NCBI GenBank assembly: GCA_000934665.2
Contig: KZ538045.1
Coordinates: 1 to 64,000, forward strand
Origin: Catajapyx aquilonaris
Lineage: Eukaryota
Direction: 5' to 3'
Length of the DNA stretch: 64,000 bases
The position numbers and the translations under genes are program-made. Under the pieces are notes generated by a model that worked only from the letters and a program-made list of their open reading frames with translations, did no database searches and had not been told where the DNA came from. Shown here one piece after another: positions 11,699-27,550 of this stretch. Each line of letters opens with the position of its first letter. The first letter of the stretch is position 1.

Positions 11699-14600
11699 CC
11701 CCCCCCCCCCCTTCCCGCGCACCCACCTTCTATCCCTCCTGCCCCTCTCCTTCTCTCGCCTGTACGCCTGGCTACCGATGTTCCAGGATGTTGAAAAAGG
11801 CGAAGGTTGTTGGGAAAGTTTGCTGGAAAAATCACGTTGTTGCCATGCCTCGGTTAAGCCTAACCATGTTTGAAAGTTTCCACTCGGCTAGCCATTGCGT
11901 TTGGGGAATATAAATTATGCGGTTCGTACACACATAACTGGCCGAACAACATCGAGTGAAGCTTAGGGGCTGTAATGCGTACATGGCAGTCGAATTTTGG
12001 CCTCTTACCAACCATCATCACGAAAGATGTTGATTTGTTTACATATTTCTGGGGACACATATTAACGTTTTTAAAGTGATCGAAAATGTCGCCCTTCCAT
12101 TTTCATCAAACTTTTTTCAAATTGTGATAGCCAAGAATCGTGCCCAACAACATTTACAGAGCTGGTCCGTAGAGATGTGGCATCGTGGACATTCCTTCCA
12201 GATGGGAGTCGGGAGGCTGGGAGTTCTCTGGTTCTTTTCAACCCTCCTCGGCGAGGGTTGGTCCCTAACGACCTCTACAACGAGTAACCGAATTCCTGCA
12301 CCGGAGGCTGGCGGGACCTGCCGAAAAAGTCAACCTCTGAATAGCGTTAGGTGACTCAAGTTTGTGCCGATGAAGAGAGTTCAAGTAGCCGCTGGACCGG
12401 TACAATGGAGGAAGAACTCTTTGATATGCGCGGCTGGCATCCGCCCAGAATGAGTCTTGTGAATGACAGTCCGAATTTAATGAGAAAAATCAATTGACCG
12501 GTATGAGCGGGAAATATTACGTATGATTTGAGATATCCTGGCCGTTTACGCAATACTCTCGAGCTTGTTCAGGTCGGACGGATTTAATTTTGAAAGTTGG
12601 CACCTTTGTACAAATGCAGAGATGCGTGCAGGCAGTGACCTTATAATACACTTTTTATGTGAGATTATTAGCCAAGGCAGCCGAACTTGATCGTGAAATA
12701 GCACAAAGTACAAGGGTGCAAGGGCCGCTTTCCCTGAAAACAAGCCGGATGTAGTGAAGTAAGGCAGGAGAGATACCCTCGCACTCTCCTTCAGTGAACG
12801 ATTTGGGCTACTATGAGGTCATTGGCGCACCCCCACCATGTTTTTGTTGTACGCTTTAAAAAGAATAATAAAAAAAAGATGGAAGGGTTAGAGAGTAAGG
12901 AGCAAGAGCACAGCTCACGGTCGTATCTAGATATTGTATACCAAAGTTTTTTATATCGTGTTTTAAGGCGAGTGGGATGTGTGGTTTGACTCTCGGAGGT
13001 TGTTACCGTGAGGGTGCTTCTGATAGCCGCAACATTGCGCAGTGCTACGTGCTTCCAATCAGAATAGGTGAATTAACCTGGGATTTTTTTCTAGAAGGAG
13101 TCATTTTTGATTTGTGCTTGTCGGAGCAACTGCTGTAATTCACGTTTGTTATTGCCGTGAAATGTCGCGAGAACTGTATTTAGAGTTGTGGCCTGAGTTG
13201 TTTCCCAAGTTGGTGCCGCCTTGCATTTTTTACGGCAGGAGTGAGTTGAATGAAAATGGGGTTTGCATGCCAGCTTTTTCGTGGTGCGCACTTCGTGCCA
13301 CTGTGACTGAACAATAGCTGGGGACCTATACTTGATAGTAGTCAAAATTGTCTTTCAGATGGACAGCTTTGATTGTTCGTAACGAGCTGTAATTATATGA
13401 GTGTTGACATCAGCACAAGCAAGGGTATAACTGCGAAAGTGTGTGCGTCGGTAACGTTATTGTACAATATGCAAACACACCACTAATGGCACATGTCATT
13501 GTGCTCGGATGTGTAATTTATAGCTACTTTCATTGTGACGCTCGTTTTTCGTAGTTGCAACGTCACTTGAATCTCTCGAGAGCGTGTGAGGACAGGTCCA
13601 ACAGAACAGCTTTGCTCCTCAAGTCCGGTTCACCGGGAGACTATTATACCTTTCCAATGCACGTTCCTGCATTATGGAATCGGGAGGTTGTGGGCTCCGG
13701 TGGCTTGAGAAACCTTGTCGGAGTTTGGGGAAGAGTGCTACGTTCTCCGCATCGCTAATTGAGTCATCTATTAATTTTTCACCACATCGCTTGGGTCCTG
13801 GTATGGATCTCCCCATTTCTCGGAAATGCACGGAGCAACCTCCATCGATTACTCATTTTTCCGCACGTGGCAGGCATTGGTAGTATCACCCTCTGCACAA
13901 TGCTATGTACTGTACTGTACGGCATATACCTCCTCAGAATTTTGATAGACCTTAAATGTGTCGACTGGCACAATATTAGGAATGCATGCATACCTTACCC
14001 AATCGTATAAGCGGATTATATCCGTTGCATCAACTGGCACGTGCGTTGCACACGTCTTTCAGCATCGCGAAACACTCGCATTGAAAGAAGCCAACAGAAG
14101 TCTCAAATAATGTATAGTTACCCAATTGCTATATTGATACTGATATATAGTCTGTGTGAATTTCCGTTCGGCCACATAAGCGGAGCTAGTACTGTACACT
14201 TGATGTACCCCCGCGAGCATAAAGATGGAGACGGCAGGCCCTTTTTTGACCTTTCTTTATCCGACTCAAATTAATGAACTATTTTTGGACCGAGTTAGCT
14301 GCTTCAGGCTTGTTTTCATGTATTTATGACAGTATATTTGATACTGTAATTGCTGAGATTGGCAGAGCAGCCTGCCGAAGGTGAGGGCCTGCCGTCTCCA
14401 TCTTTATGCTCGCGGGTGTACATTGTACACCATCAACATATCACATGTTATGTGGCTGCCAAAGTTTACCCTGAGCAAGACGAGTCACGTATGATGTCAG
14501 GTGGAAAACAGAAATTGATTTCCGGAGACAATATAACTTCTCCATAGGTGTTCGTTGTACGAACTTGTCATTTTCCGTGCTATAGACCTGGTTGGGAAAA

Positions 14601-17600
14601 GTGATGAGTTTCTTTCTCTCTCCCTCTCTCCGGCGGTTATTGCATCGCTGCGTAAACTCACTCTTCAGCTGAGTGAAGACAGTATACATAATGGGCGTGG
14701 AAACAAGCGCCATTTGCGCGCCATGTTTACATTAACCCCTGGACTTTGCGCCAGGTGGCGAGACCTCCGGATTGGATGTATGCACGCGGCGGAGGAGTCG
14801 GGCTTTCTGCATGCAAAGCACGTCTTGCCACTAAAATCCACACTTTACTTTCCTCCTTAATGCGTTGTTCCTTGTAAGCTTGCGTGAAATATTCAATTGC
14901 TTGTCCGAGAGGGGGAGGTGTTCCGTTCTTCTGAACAGTGCCGGGGTATTATCCGTCCACACCGTATTTAACCAAGAGCACGTTCGTATACATAAGGCAT
15001 CCAATGTTATGTAATGCAGGAGCAATGCTTTGTACAGTGCACGTACGATATTTTAGCAATATATTTCGTAATGATGCTGAGGTTTCTGTTCCGTTCAAGG
15101 ATAGAGGAAGGGCTATGGTAATGTGCGAGGGAAAGGGCAAAAGTATGGTTCCCTGCTTTGTTATTCGGATGTTATTGACCGAAGACACACAAAGCAGACA
15201 TGATGTCTGAAGATAGTCCAGCAAGGTCTATTTTACATAGTCATGACCTTGCACATACAAGTCACATCGATGAAAGAGCTTTCTGTCGTCGTCACCCCCC
15301 CCCCCCCTCCCACTAATCGGGATCCAGCCAATCTACATACTCTGCAGTACCCCCAATTATCAGGAATTAAGGAGTCGAACGGCCGGGCACTGCACTGGTG
15401 AGGTAATAGCCTATAATGTCTTGGTGTGACAATGGAAAAGATAGTGCTCAGCTATCTTCAGACAAGAAGAATTTTTGTACGTCTTTGATTAACATAGCCC
15501 AAGTAACTAAGGCGATATTTTTGTTCCTTGCGTCGTAATTTGACTAGATTTAGCCCATAACTTTATATGGCCCTTAAATCAAGAATTCTTTGCATGTACT
15601 GTATGAAGTCGGCGTTGCTGTAATCAGCACTTGGGGCGATTTGATTTCTTATGGGAATGTGCTTCTTTTAACAGGAACAGCTCACCATTTCCAATTTTGA
15701 GTCATGATGAAACCGTGTAACTGGCCTGACTGGAAGTGGCCACATAGCGTCCCGGGTGGAAGTTGGTAATTATTACTGACAGGAATAGCGTCACGTAGCA
15801 GGGCAGTCATTGCTCATTTCCAATTCTGTGGTCTAGGTATTCCCAAGGGAACACTCAGAATGTGGGTAAGCGATGCGGCCTCATGCCTTTGGACTTGAGT
15901 TGACTGTGTGTCGGGAAGTGCGTACCTTCTTTCAGGCAAGATCTTGAGGCGTGCCTTTGCACAAAATGTACGACGGGTTCGTATAGGCTACGTCCTTCAC
16001 GGCTCTTTTCATTTGGTGAAAATGCACCGAGTTGTGGCCCAGAATGGAAGCAGCACAAACTTGATATATTCGAGGCTTGCTCCAATGGAAATGCTGTGCC
16101 CTTGAGTAAGGTTCTTTAGGCTACAGCACATGCTACAGGGATCGAATTACGCCTTATAGCAGTGCCATGAATATGCCAGATGATTCATTTCATGAGGATC
16201 AAAATAATAGTATACATTTAAACGTTTCTATCGATTGTTCAATGTTGATGTAAGGATCAGGGATTGGAGTGGAAACTGGGCCTGAAACTATCCTGAAATG
16301 ATTCGTCCGTGACCAGCTGCCCGGAACAGCGGAATCCTTGCAGATGACCTCCAGCTAAAGGGAATAGGGGCATAGGTTACGTGTATAATGAATACAAATC
16401 AATCCGAAACTTTCATGACCCATATTCTGAACGTGCTATTAATATTTTCACCGTTGTGTGCGTATGGGGGAAGGAGGGGATGTGATTTGCAGACCGTGAG
16501 TTATGACTCCTGTGGGAGTGTGTCAGATATTCCACTCTCCATGAAAGCGTAGTGTGACAGAATTTTTCTGCCAGAGAATTGGGAAGAGAGCGACAGTGAT
16601 GTCACGGCAGTGTTTGTTTCATGAATGGGTTAGTATAATGATAACGTTATGTGTGGAATGCCCCTGGCGCTGCCCCTCCCCCTCAGCTACACAACAGTGA
16701 CCGCTGGTGAGTGGAAAGGGCAATAAAACAGCGACGGAATCCCCTACATTGCACCGTGCATGACCACAGTACAGTGCAGTGGCGTAAAAAGCCCTACGTC
16801 ACAGCCTCCTCTCACTTGGATGTAACGTCACAATGTCGTCACCATGTAGGTCACTCGATGCATTTGAAGGGAATGAGGGCTGGAGGGGGGAGGAAAAATA
16901 ATGGGGAAAAGCGAGCTGGTTGAAAGGTGTCAAAAGTAAGCCGATGGTGTCTGTGCCAAGGTCCGTCACGTACAACAAGGAGAGAGAAAAAGCAGGGTAT
17001 AACTAGTGGGACGTAGAAAGTGTGGAGATGGACGGGTGATTGATGCATGCGGAGCTGGAGTGAAAGAACCTATATCCGACATGAACAGTCATTATTTATT
17101 TATTTATTTATCTTCTCACGTGAGTCTTCTTCCTAAAAATTTATGGCCAGACCAGGGTTTCGTGCTGGCAGCTGTAGAATTTCCCCTCTACCTTTCCGTT
17201 TGCTGGATGGAAGAATAGGCGAGCCTCCAGGAGCTGAGCAGAAAGCACGGAATAATGATTATTACGCGGTGCATGCATGCGTGCTTGGACTGCTGCTGGG
17301 AAAGGGAACGACATGAAGGGAAAGTCGGTGCATGTGATTTTCTTCTGGGTCGTCGCTTGACGTTAAGGGCCTGCCAATTATGACACTGTGGAGCCAATTT
17401 TTGGAGCGGTACCAATGATGCATGCACTGAAGAGCACAAAGGTCACAGTTTGGAAAAGCCATTCTAGCCCGGAGGTGAGCGTGGGATGTGTGTGCTTTGC
17501 ACGTATACACGTGTGTGTGGGCAGCGCAGTGGTGGGGAAACAAAACAGACCTTTTCCGCCGGCTGACCCTGCACGCATGGGCAGCACGCATGGAAGTGGC

Positions 17601-17836
17601 GTGGGAGTTCCTCGAATAATCATCCTTGCAACCGAGGGGCATGAGGAGTTTGCACGTTTGCAAGAAGGAAGGTGGGGGGAGTGGAACTGGGAGAGGGGGC
17701 AGTTGAGAGAAGAAAAGAAAGCTGGCTTGGTAAGGATGATGACGTTACCTGGGCGGCATTCCAATCTCGTTACGTAGCTTGGGCGCTGCTGTTGCGGAGG
17801 AGCTGACCACCATGCACCGTGGTCTTTAAAAAAAAA

Positions 17837-18075
17837 NNNNNNNNNNNNNNNNNNNNNNNNNNNNNNNNNNNNNNNNNNNNNNNNNNNNNNNNNNNNNNNN
17901 NNNNNNNNNNNNNNNNNNNNNNNNNNNNNNNNNNNNNNNNNNNNNNNNNNNNNNNNNNNNNNNNNNNNNNNNNNNNNNNNNNNNNNNNNNNNNNNNNNNN
18001 NNNNNNNNNNNNNNNNNNNNNNNNNNNNNNNNNNNNNNNNNNNNNNNNNNNNNNNNNNNNNNNNNNNNNNNNNNN
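17837..18075. other. Assembly gap (N run)
   Basis: 239 N between an A run and a G run. Confidence 0.95.
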
Positions 18076-21000
18076 GGGGGGGGGGGGAAGGAAGGAAAAC
18101 TTGCGGAAAGTGACGAGATGTAAGCCGGGATGTAGAGATAAGTGCCGTTGGTCTCGAGAGTTGATCCCGGCGGCAATGCGGTGCCCAAAAACCAGCCTGT
18201 GCGTGATGGATCGAAGGTGGCCTGCGCTGGTCCTGCACAGATGCTGGGGCCTGGGACTGTGGCCCGGATGCTCTGCGCGGACCTTTCCATTCACGCCCTG
18301 ACGGATTCTAGTGTACCATTAGTTCATTAGGTTAAACCAGGCTGTCCCAAATACAGGATCGCGAGCAGTTTGCCTGCGTCTCCTAAAGGACCAGATGTTA
18401 TTACTTCAGTGTCCCTGGACAGTGCCAACAGCACTAGAATGCAGATTTCCATTGCAGTTGAAATATTTACTGGGGGAATACCCCAGGTTTCGCTGGTGGT
18501 TAATGAGACAGGTTGTCTTTTTGTTCTCAAACTGACATTTCGTAATTAAAGCCTCGCAAAGAATCGATATGCAGGATCACTGTTAGGAGAATTATGGTTT
18601 TATCCATTCAGAGGCAAAATATTGATCGATATGAGGATTTCCCTAGGCATATCCATACTCAGGGTTTGCCCCTCCGAGAATCTCACCGTGTAAGCCTAGA
18701 TTCCTAGAAGGACAATCTTCAAATTGTTATTGACTGGAGCATTTTAGCATCGTTAAACGTGCTCAGTGTTTCAACCAACTTAATATCTTAGTACGACCTG
18801 TCTGTAAGGGACACAGGATTCTGAGGAAACATGTCAGCTATTCCATTTTAGTTTGATCTTGAGAAAGAATTTTTATAGTATACAGTATATTTTAAAAATA
18901 TGATAAACACTGGATTAAACACATGCTAACTGGAGTAGTTAACATATTGGTAATACGGGGTCCACATTAAGTGTGAACACACTCATAAACGATGTCGTAA
19001 ACTACGTATACAGTTGTGAGTTACGTCGTTTCAGAAGCACTTTCCTGACAGGTTTTAGCTCAGGAATGTCAGCTACTCTGTTGCATTTGAAAGGCGGTAA
19101 TCCTAGTAACGTGGCAATTTGCATGTGGAGGTAGCGTATACCGGTCCACCCTATTTGCTTTAACGTCTAGTCTAGACCATGCTTTTTTGCTTGAGCAAGA
19201 AAGCGGATTTTGCGACCATGCTCCTGAAACAACCTTTACGCTAGGTTGAAATCACGCATCCTCTTTTCTGTCATTTTTTGTACGTATTTTTCTCACGTCC
19301 TATACAGTTGAGTACGTGCATGGTCCCAGGCAACTCTTGTTCTCGTGGTTTAATTGGGCGTGCAGCTTGACGGAACACAAGATAGAATGATGGTCTTACA
19401 GTATGTCGGCGGCAACATGCAGGCGGAAGGGTGTTTTTTCAGTGTAACTGGTGAATTGTGGCTAGTGTTGAAAATACGGCTGGGTTAGTAGCCATGGATT
19501 CGGTGGATCCCTCCAAAGTGCTATGATGGATATTAACTACTTATGACAAAATTATTCCAGACATAAGATGATATGTGAGAGTGACGTCACTGAAAAAAAT
19601 GTCTAAGGAGGCTATTCACATTTCTGAATTTTATAACTAGCAACTGTTACCTGCACCTTGCTTGGATGGATTCAGTGAGTCTCCGATGTTACACGTAAAA
19701 TGCCATGAGGAACCAGATCATTAGGTGCCACGGCACTCAATCGAAACTTATACGCTCCCGTTATATTGTTGTTAAGGGGGAGGGTAAATTGGAGCAGGAA
19801 GGGATAAAGCCCTTTTGCCCTAGTGGTTAGGGGATATTTATACATCGATTATACTCTTCTCCGCCTGACCCAGCGCGTCAATATAGGTCACATGTGCAAA
19901 CAAGAAAAGCAAACAGGGTTAGAGGTCGTCCATAAAGTACGTCACTCTGAACGTATGCTTTTTTTTAAAAAAAGTTGTCTCCACCCCCATGTCACGCTGA
20001 TGTGGTACGCTGGTACCCCCCTACTCACTCTCCCTCCCCCCATACAAATAGTTAATTTTGGTGAATTAAATCGGTAAAAATTGCAGCCACGTTGGGTCTG
20101 ACCAGCAGTGAGTTGTACCTGATGGATAGAGGAACGTTTCTGGGACTGCCTAGTGGTTGTAAGTGATAAAAGGCTCACACCACGTTCGGTGTGTACCGAA
20201 GTGATTATTTACGCCCCAAGAATTTTAGTGGAGGAGCACACCTTGAAAACGGGAGTCCTTGAGAAACAGACAAGAGCCGAGATTTACTTGCGTAACTGGG
20301 CATGGCTGGCTGGCAGTCCATCCACGAGTGACCAATTTTTGAGGCTTGGCTTACCATCTGTGCCTGCATCCGTGGGCGTGATGACAAGGGCTTTGCAGGG
20401 CAAAAGATGAGCTCCATTGGAGCGAGTAGCTGAATGGACGTAGTGAGAAGCGTCGCCTTCAACTTGCCTTCTGCTTTGGTTTTTTTATTCTCTGAAATGA
20501 GTGCGAGCGGGAGCAGTGACAGTCAGACAGACAGACACCTCTGTGGGACCTTGCGATTTGTATCTAATGGACCTGAACGATTCTTTTCCGTTGCATTGAT
20601 AGGCATTGTCTTTTCGTGTCAGTTGGCAATGCCGTTTGTATTGTCATTGGCGTAACCTTCATTTTTACATCACGCGTTCCATAACGAAGTGGTTGTCGAG
20701 CCCGACAGGAAACCTGGCCTTTTAATTATGCAGTTATCCATTTACCTGTCACTTTCTTTTGTGACGTAAGGGATACGAAGCCGTGTCGGTTGTGGCCTCC
20801 TCTGCTGGCTTCCCCCAAAAAGGCCAAGGGCTGCTCGATTGGTGAGCTGCCAGAAGCAACCACGCAGTAACAGAGAGGACGTGTTGTTGTTCATCTGTTG
20901 CGGCACCAAAGTAGCCCGAATAAATTTCAATCAAGCTTGTGCTCAAGCCTCACGTCAGTGCTTTGTCACCACCAGAGGCGAAGGACAGTATTTGCATACG

Positions 21001-21370
21001 AGGGTCTCGTCGTATGTCCGGGTACTTGTTTAGTATTCCAGCAGGAGGCAGGAGGCCTTCGACCTTGCCACATTCATGGTGATGTTGGTGCATTACCTTC
21101 AGATGAGCGCCGACTAGTCGGGATCGAATAAATGCGCGGCTCCACTTCTTGAGACGACTTGTATGGGAAGGTGCACCACTCTTTATGTATTCCGGTCAAA
21201 CGCGTGGAAGTGAGAAGCCGCAGTATAAGAAGGCCATTGGTGGTCTCCAGAAGGCGTCATGCCAGAGGAGTTTGATGGGAACTAGCTGTCGGGGCTGAGT
21301 TAGAGCCTTGATAGGTTAGTCGACTGAGGGTTTCACTCCAAGGTTAGGTTCGATTTGGCCCCTTACAGCC

Positions 21371-21374
<4 letters not shown>

Positions 21375-21440
<66 letters not shown>
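21375..21440. repeat. (TC)n microsatellite
   Basis: About 33 perfect TC units. Confidence 0.95.
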
Positions 21441-21444
<4 letters not shown>

Positions 21445-24400
21445 CCCACCCACCCATTTTCATTCTCGGTTACTTTTGTTCCCAAGTCACGCCGAATTGG
21501 AAGGACGGTTGCTTAAATTATTGAAAAGATGGAAGCGATATGGAATGGAGGCCTACTGCGTGGGTCATATTTTTCGTGACAATTCGAGGTACTTTCTGGG
21601 CTGGAGTTGACGGGAATCATTATTTTTGGTGGAATTTAGTTGGGTCTGCTTTAGGTACAGGTAGAAGTACAAATGTGCTGTTGTGCATATTCAATAATAC
21701 AACGGTGTTAAGGGCTATTCTTAGTTGGCGCAATTTGGGCTTCATGACCAAGGAAGATGTAGTACCGTACGTACATCATAGCAGAGAATTATGCGATGAA
21801 CAAAGAAACCTTCTGGAAATTCGTATTGATTATTGACAAGTAAAGTAAAGCTTCGGTGAGAATAATTAACATTATCGACATTTGGATATTTGCTTCTTGG
21901 TGTGCAGATGGGGAACGTCTCTGGACAATGATATAGTCTAACATTGAGAAAACATTGTTCACTGAAAGACATGTGCCGGAGCAAATTTATGGCTATATAC
22001 TATAATTTTTGTGCAGATAATTGTACCTGATATGTTTGTCATGGCGAAACTATCCAGATCCATTGATTGTATGACGTAGGATCACGTGAAATCAGGGGGA
22101 AATGGACAGTGTAAGGGCTGCGTGACGCAGTACCCCATAATGAATTCCAGTCCTGTGGTGTAAGGGTCAAAAATCCAATCGATTTCTTGACAAGGAAAGA
22201 TAATTTCGACCATGACGACCACCTGCAGTTGGACTTTTCGTGTGCAGAACGGCGACATATGCAATATTTATATTGGTATAGACAGGGTTGTATCCAGGGT
22301 GATGGTTCAGGCTTTAGGGGTTAACATCCCTTCGACCCTTTCTACCCCTCCACCAAAAATAAATCTTTTTGCACGTGTACAATTGAAATATTCCATGTCT
22401 TACTGAGGGGAACTCTTACAGTGAAGATAGTTATATTGGGAGAGGACTTCACGGAATTCCAAATTCCAAAAATGAAATATTTCTATTGTGTGGTTGACCG
22501 ACTTTTAAAACCTGTGCAAATAAGCCATTTTGCTGCTGTTGTGTACGATTGCAAAAGTCCAGAAAGTAATGAGTGATGTTCGCGATAATATACACATATT
22601 TTTCCGTTCATTCGGAATGCTTTTAATATGGGTCCAATAGTTGCATTTATATTACTTTGCAATTACTTAGTGGTTGATGCAACAAATTTTCGATGAGGAC
22701 TGAAGCGGTGCCTTTGTTGTGCGATGTCCTGTGCACCTTTTACTTGCTATTAATTACGTGCCCCTATACAGCGTATAAACCGCCAAAACCGGCACGGTAA
22801 AACGTGTCAGCGAAAATACGAGTTGAAGGACACATGCCGCAGAAAACCACTAATATTTGTCCTATGACATACATATATGTGTCATCCTTCCTCAACTGAG
22901 TTTGTCACGCGAAACGTTTAGGCGTGTTTTTGCACAGAACAGAATTAGTATATGCTGTGTCATATCACATGGCACAGAATTTTGTGCCATTTTCCACAAA
23001 TCGCATTGGCGAGATTTCCCACACGTTTTTGTGCCATAATATGACATAAAAGGTATAGAACGTATACTGTCTAGCATATTCTATGGATTATGTCGTATCG
23101 GGACATATGAGCTACTTCTTACTGCAACAAGTATCCCTCGAGTGCATCGTCATCTGCTTTTAAAGTTCGGCTTACATTTATCACTGTGCACAATATTGTC
23201 AGGTCATTTTAGGGTAACTTTAGGATAATATGACAGTGTCTCCATCCCACGGTCCACAGTCAAACCGTGAGCACAAGTGAGGAATTGTCATTAGTCTCAT
23301 TACCTTGGCAGGTGATTTTAAAGGTGCCCCTTAACTCGCACATTGGACTGTTATGGCGCTTCCTTGGCTTATTGTAAGACGTAAAACTGATAAACATAAG
23401 TTTGAAATGGGGAGGGGGGGGGGTCACAATGGTTTTGTAATGTTTCAAACGTCAGATTCATACAAATATTGGGTGAATTCCTAGGGACCATACTCCATAG
23501 AGACCACCGTGTAGAGGTGTCCGAAGCCTCGTTATTCGTATTAATCAAGGAATGCATTATATGCCATATTATGTCACGGATCCTGCCTATACTACACTTT
23601 CATCGCGACTGCCTGCTGCACTCAATGAAATCGTCGTTTAAATTAAAATTACATAGTAATACTTACATTTTACTTGTAAAAGACCTGGTCGTGCGGAGGG
23701 ATGCATTCCTGCCAGGATATTTCATAACTTGTGTTCGGAGTCCATTATTTCAATGACGACGCTGCTTCGACAAAATGACACCTCTACTTAAAGCGATGCT
23801 CTGCTGATCAAGAGCTGTGTCTTGAGGTTTGTCTGAATTATTAATATGCTGAACACTTGCATGCATTTAATTGCTGTAACTATGAGAATAGGAAACCCGT
23901 ATCCCCTAGCCCCTAGGGCCTAGATAATGTAGCTTTATATTCGTCATGTATAGTCTTACGAATTAGTTTAGGGCCTTCATGTACTCATAATTGTGGTGAC
24001 GTTCACGTTGCGCTGCATAAGTAAACATGTCGTGTTCTTTTTGGAACAGTACAATAATAATTTTCTGCAGGTGAAGCGCATGTGTCACATGGGAACGGTG
24101 TCGTTTAGTGCTTTAGTCCATTTGCGTCGCTCCCTGACACACATATCGACCGGCGGGGACTGACCCTCTATAGTTTTTAGCATTAGGGTCCGAACCTGTA
24201 CATTACCAGTTACACCGCTACGCAGGTAACTGTAGCTCTAGTGGGGTATACCTGCCTGTGTGAAGAGAATCTATAGTCAAGTTTCCTGGGAACAAGGCAT
24301 ATTGACTATTCTAGTGCATCATTACCCAGCACGAAACTGGTGAAATATGAAGGATGCGGTGGACAGCGGGCATTCCTCTTCTGCTTCTTTTATCATATGT

Positions 24401-27400
24401 CATTCAAATTCATGCACGTGTGCGATCATCATCATGAATGGGTAGAGACCTACCTCCCGTGGTATCCTTGCCTTTTGGGACCCTAAGCAGCGACCCTGAA
24501 ATTCAGGTCGTGATACCCCCTATGGTAGGGGATGGGTGGGTGTTGAAGGCGTGACCAAACCATAGCAGAAGTGCATGTTTGAAATGGGAACTTCTCTGTT
24601 CGTCTGATGAAACTGAATTATTCTTGATTCTTCTGACGTGTTTGAGCTGCAGGTAACTGGAGGACAAACTTTGACGTCGTGTTGTATTTTTTATTCCACC
24701 CCACTTTCGGGTCACTAGTAATTGTAACCGGACTCCAAGCCACATTTCGTGTGACATGTAATGCATATATAGTCACTTGATCGATTCCGCGACACGGAAT
24801 AATTCGTTCCAGCCAGTTCCATGCCTTGCAGCACGCACTGCATCAAATGCCGGTACACTTGGTGCCCTGCTCGTACGATATTGAGGGGTCAGTTGGTCAC
24901 AAGTAATTATTCAAAAATGGTCAGAATGAAGCGCCACCTAGGGAAACTACGGGAAACTAGATAGAGATATGTCTGGAAGCTGGGGACCACACGGTAGCTC
25001 CAGCGACCCCCCTCAGCAAAGTTCAAGGACTGTAACTAACACGCATGCATGCACGCCTGCATGCACACAGTCACCAACCAGTCAGCTAGGTCTCGGGATG
25101 TCTCTTGGGGGAGGTTCTTTTTCTTTTCGAAGCGAAGGTCGACCAACTTGGGATGTCTTGAGTTGTACAACCCCCAGAATGGCCCCAGGTTCTTCCACGA
25201 AACTAGGTGCACCACCTACCTCACGGTCAGGAACAATTGACTGTATTTATGCCATGAGACAGGTGGAAACTCGAAAATAGAGCTGTTCGAGGAATGACAA
25301 ATCCCTAACAATTTGTTTGCCTTTCGTGGGACCAGCAGTTATTAGGAAGAATGTCCATCAGGTTTGAATGGCAATATTTTGACATGGGCGTACACCAGAA
25401 GCCCCAAAAGTCCAGTAGCATTCTCCAACTCCACCACCACCCCCTTCCAAAACACTTTTCCTTCCCAGCTTGCCCTCTTGGAAGCGGTCACTCATGCGAG
25501 AGGATGAGAACTGGTAGGAACTGCGGTTTCCTGGCCAAGTGTGCAAAGGCTGGCACCTATGTGCCAGCTGTTGGTAGCTTCTCGTCTTGGGGGTTTGCAG
25601 GAAGACAGACCCATTGCCCCAGTGGGGCCACGCCATGTGCGCCTTTTGCGTCTACCAGCAGGTTCCTTAGCTAGAAAAACCTTGGAGGGGGGAGGGGGGA
25701 GAAGAAGAAAAAAAAGAGAGAAACAGGTGGCCCTTTGACTTACGTGGACTGGGGCCACACTAAAAAGGAGTCATTTCCTCGGCACCTGATGGTATCCGCC
25801 ACCTTCTTGTTCCTTCCGTTCCGGACGCCCCTCTCCAGCTGCTTCTTACCTCACAACTTGTGGTAGGGAGGAAGTCGATTGCTGACCGGCGGCAGGAAGA
25901 GGAAGATTACGTCATGGCAAAAGGTGTCTACGAATTTTCCCGCCAATTGACCATCAGTTTCTTGTTCGGGAAAAGTGCTTTTGTACTTATATTGCTATTG
26001 GCGAAAAATTGCTGGGAGGGTCTTTTCACCGTCTTCCAGCTTTGAGGAGCACGTCATGGCCTTCGTAGGACAATGGGGGCCAGGGAATAAGGAGTCGTGC
26101 CCAGCTGTTTGGGTGCGGAAATACTGCTGCGCTGCACCTTAGCAGCTGTCAAGACATCCGTCCTTCAATATACCCCATGCTTGAATAACGTGTCTTTATA
26201 GTGCTCAACCGGAAGCGAAGGGGTTGACCTTATATGGGGTAGGAGGGGATTGTTATGAGAGATTTAGGTCTTTTCTGCGTCCAGGTGAGACGTGCATGGG
26301 GCCGGAAGTTCACATGCCTACGTAGGCTCTTCTTTTTTTTCTTTTTGGTCATGACTTGATTCACTAATACTGCGTGCATATTACAGTATCTCTCCGCAGG
26401 ATATCTTTTCGATCAGAATTCAAAATACGTCTCCAAGTTTATCTGGCAAGAATATTGGCAATAACCCAAGGCAATTTAGTCGGCACCTTCGCCCTCTACT
26501 GTACACGTTGTAGCATGTGAAGGTCAAGAAAGAAGGTGGCCTTCAGGCAGAACACATACCACATTCGTAAATCGCCAGGGGGGGGGGAGGTAGGGGGGGG
26601 NGGAGTGGGGACAGATCCAGAGTAGGGGAAAAGCAGTAGGGAAAGTAATTGCTGATAAATCCAGTTTTTTTTGTGCAGGCCGTAACATTTCACTTTTAAA
26701 TTTTGCAGCTGTTCCCACAGCTTTGACTTAGCGCCTATGGGTTCAACGTAAGAGGCTGAATTGCCAGGTGGCGAGGGCAAGCCGGCACTTGCAAGACTTG
26801 TTTGCTTGCGCAAAAAAGGAAGAAAAAATAGTATTCCGTGATAGAAGCACATGTCTGCATGTGGCGTGTGTGCACCCATGTAAGAAACCACAAGTGTGTC
26901 ACATGCTTCACAGTTGGTTCGCCATATTTATAGGTTTTTTTGCGTAGTGGCAAACCAGGTGCGCTCCTGATGTGCCCACAACTGACAGCCAGAAAAGGAA
27001 GTTGAGCGCTACGGAATCGCATGTTTTCGAGCATATAGAGTGTAGGACCTGGAGACATAAATATCCGACCGGCAATTATGGCTACTAATTAGAGTCTTGG
27101 TTGCCACGCTTCCATTGGTTCGCGTGACATGCATGTACGGTTTCGTCGTGCTTCGTAACATTTGCATGACGTAAAGAGGACGCGGTTTGGTGTCCACAAA
27201 ACACTGGTCACGCTCTCGATCGCAGAACTTGAGGAATTGCTATATGTTCTAGTGCCGGTACACCATGAAGGTACGAGCTATGTGTGGCAGTGTGACTTCC
27301 GGTAACGTGATGCTTCGCAGTCTGTTTAGTCAATAGGGTACCGGTAGTAACGTGGAATGAACATATGTTCCTGAAATGTAAACCGTCTTTCAATTAGTGA

Positions 27401-27550
27401 CATTATTCTGCGCCTAAAATTCCCTTGCAGATTCATTTGGACAGGGCAACTACAAGACATGACATTTGCGCGAGTGTTATGTTGCCATGTGAGTAATAAT
27501 AAAACGGATAGTTGCTCACCATTCGTAGAGTGGGGATTATAGACCGTGAG

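Noticed and set aside
17378..18301. Long ORFs of 154-286 aa
   Set aside because: Their length is an artefact of translating through the 239-N gap.
22760..23110. Region with recurring ATGACATA/TGTGCCAT motifs, possible DNA transposon remnant
   Set aside because: I could not define termini or a TSD, so it is not listed as a feature.
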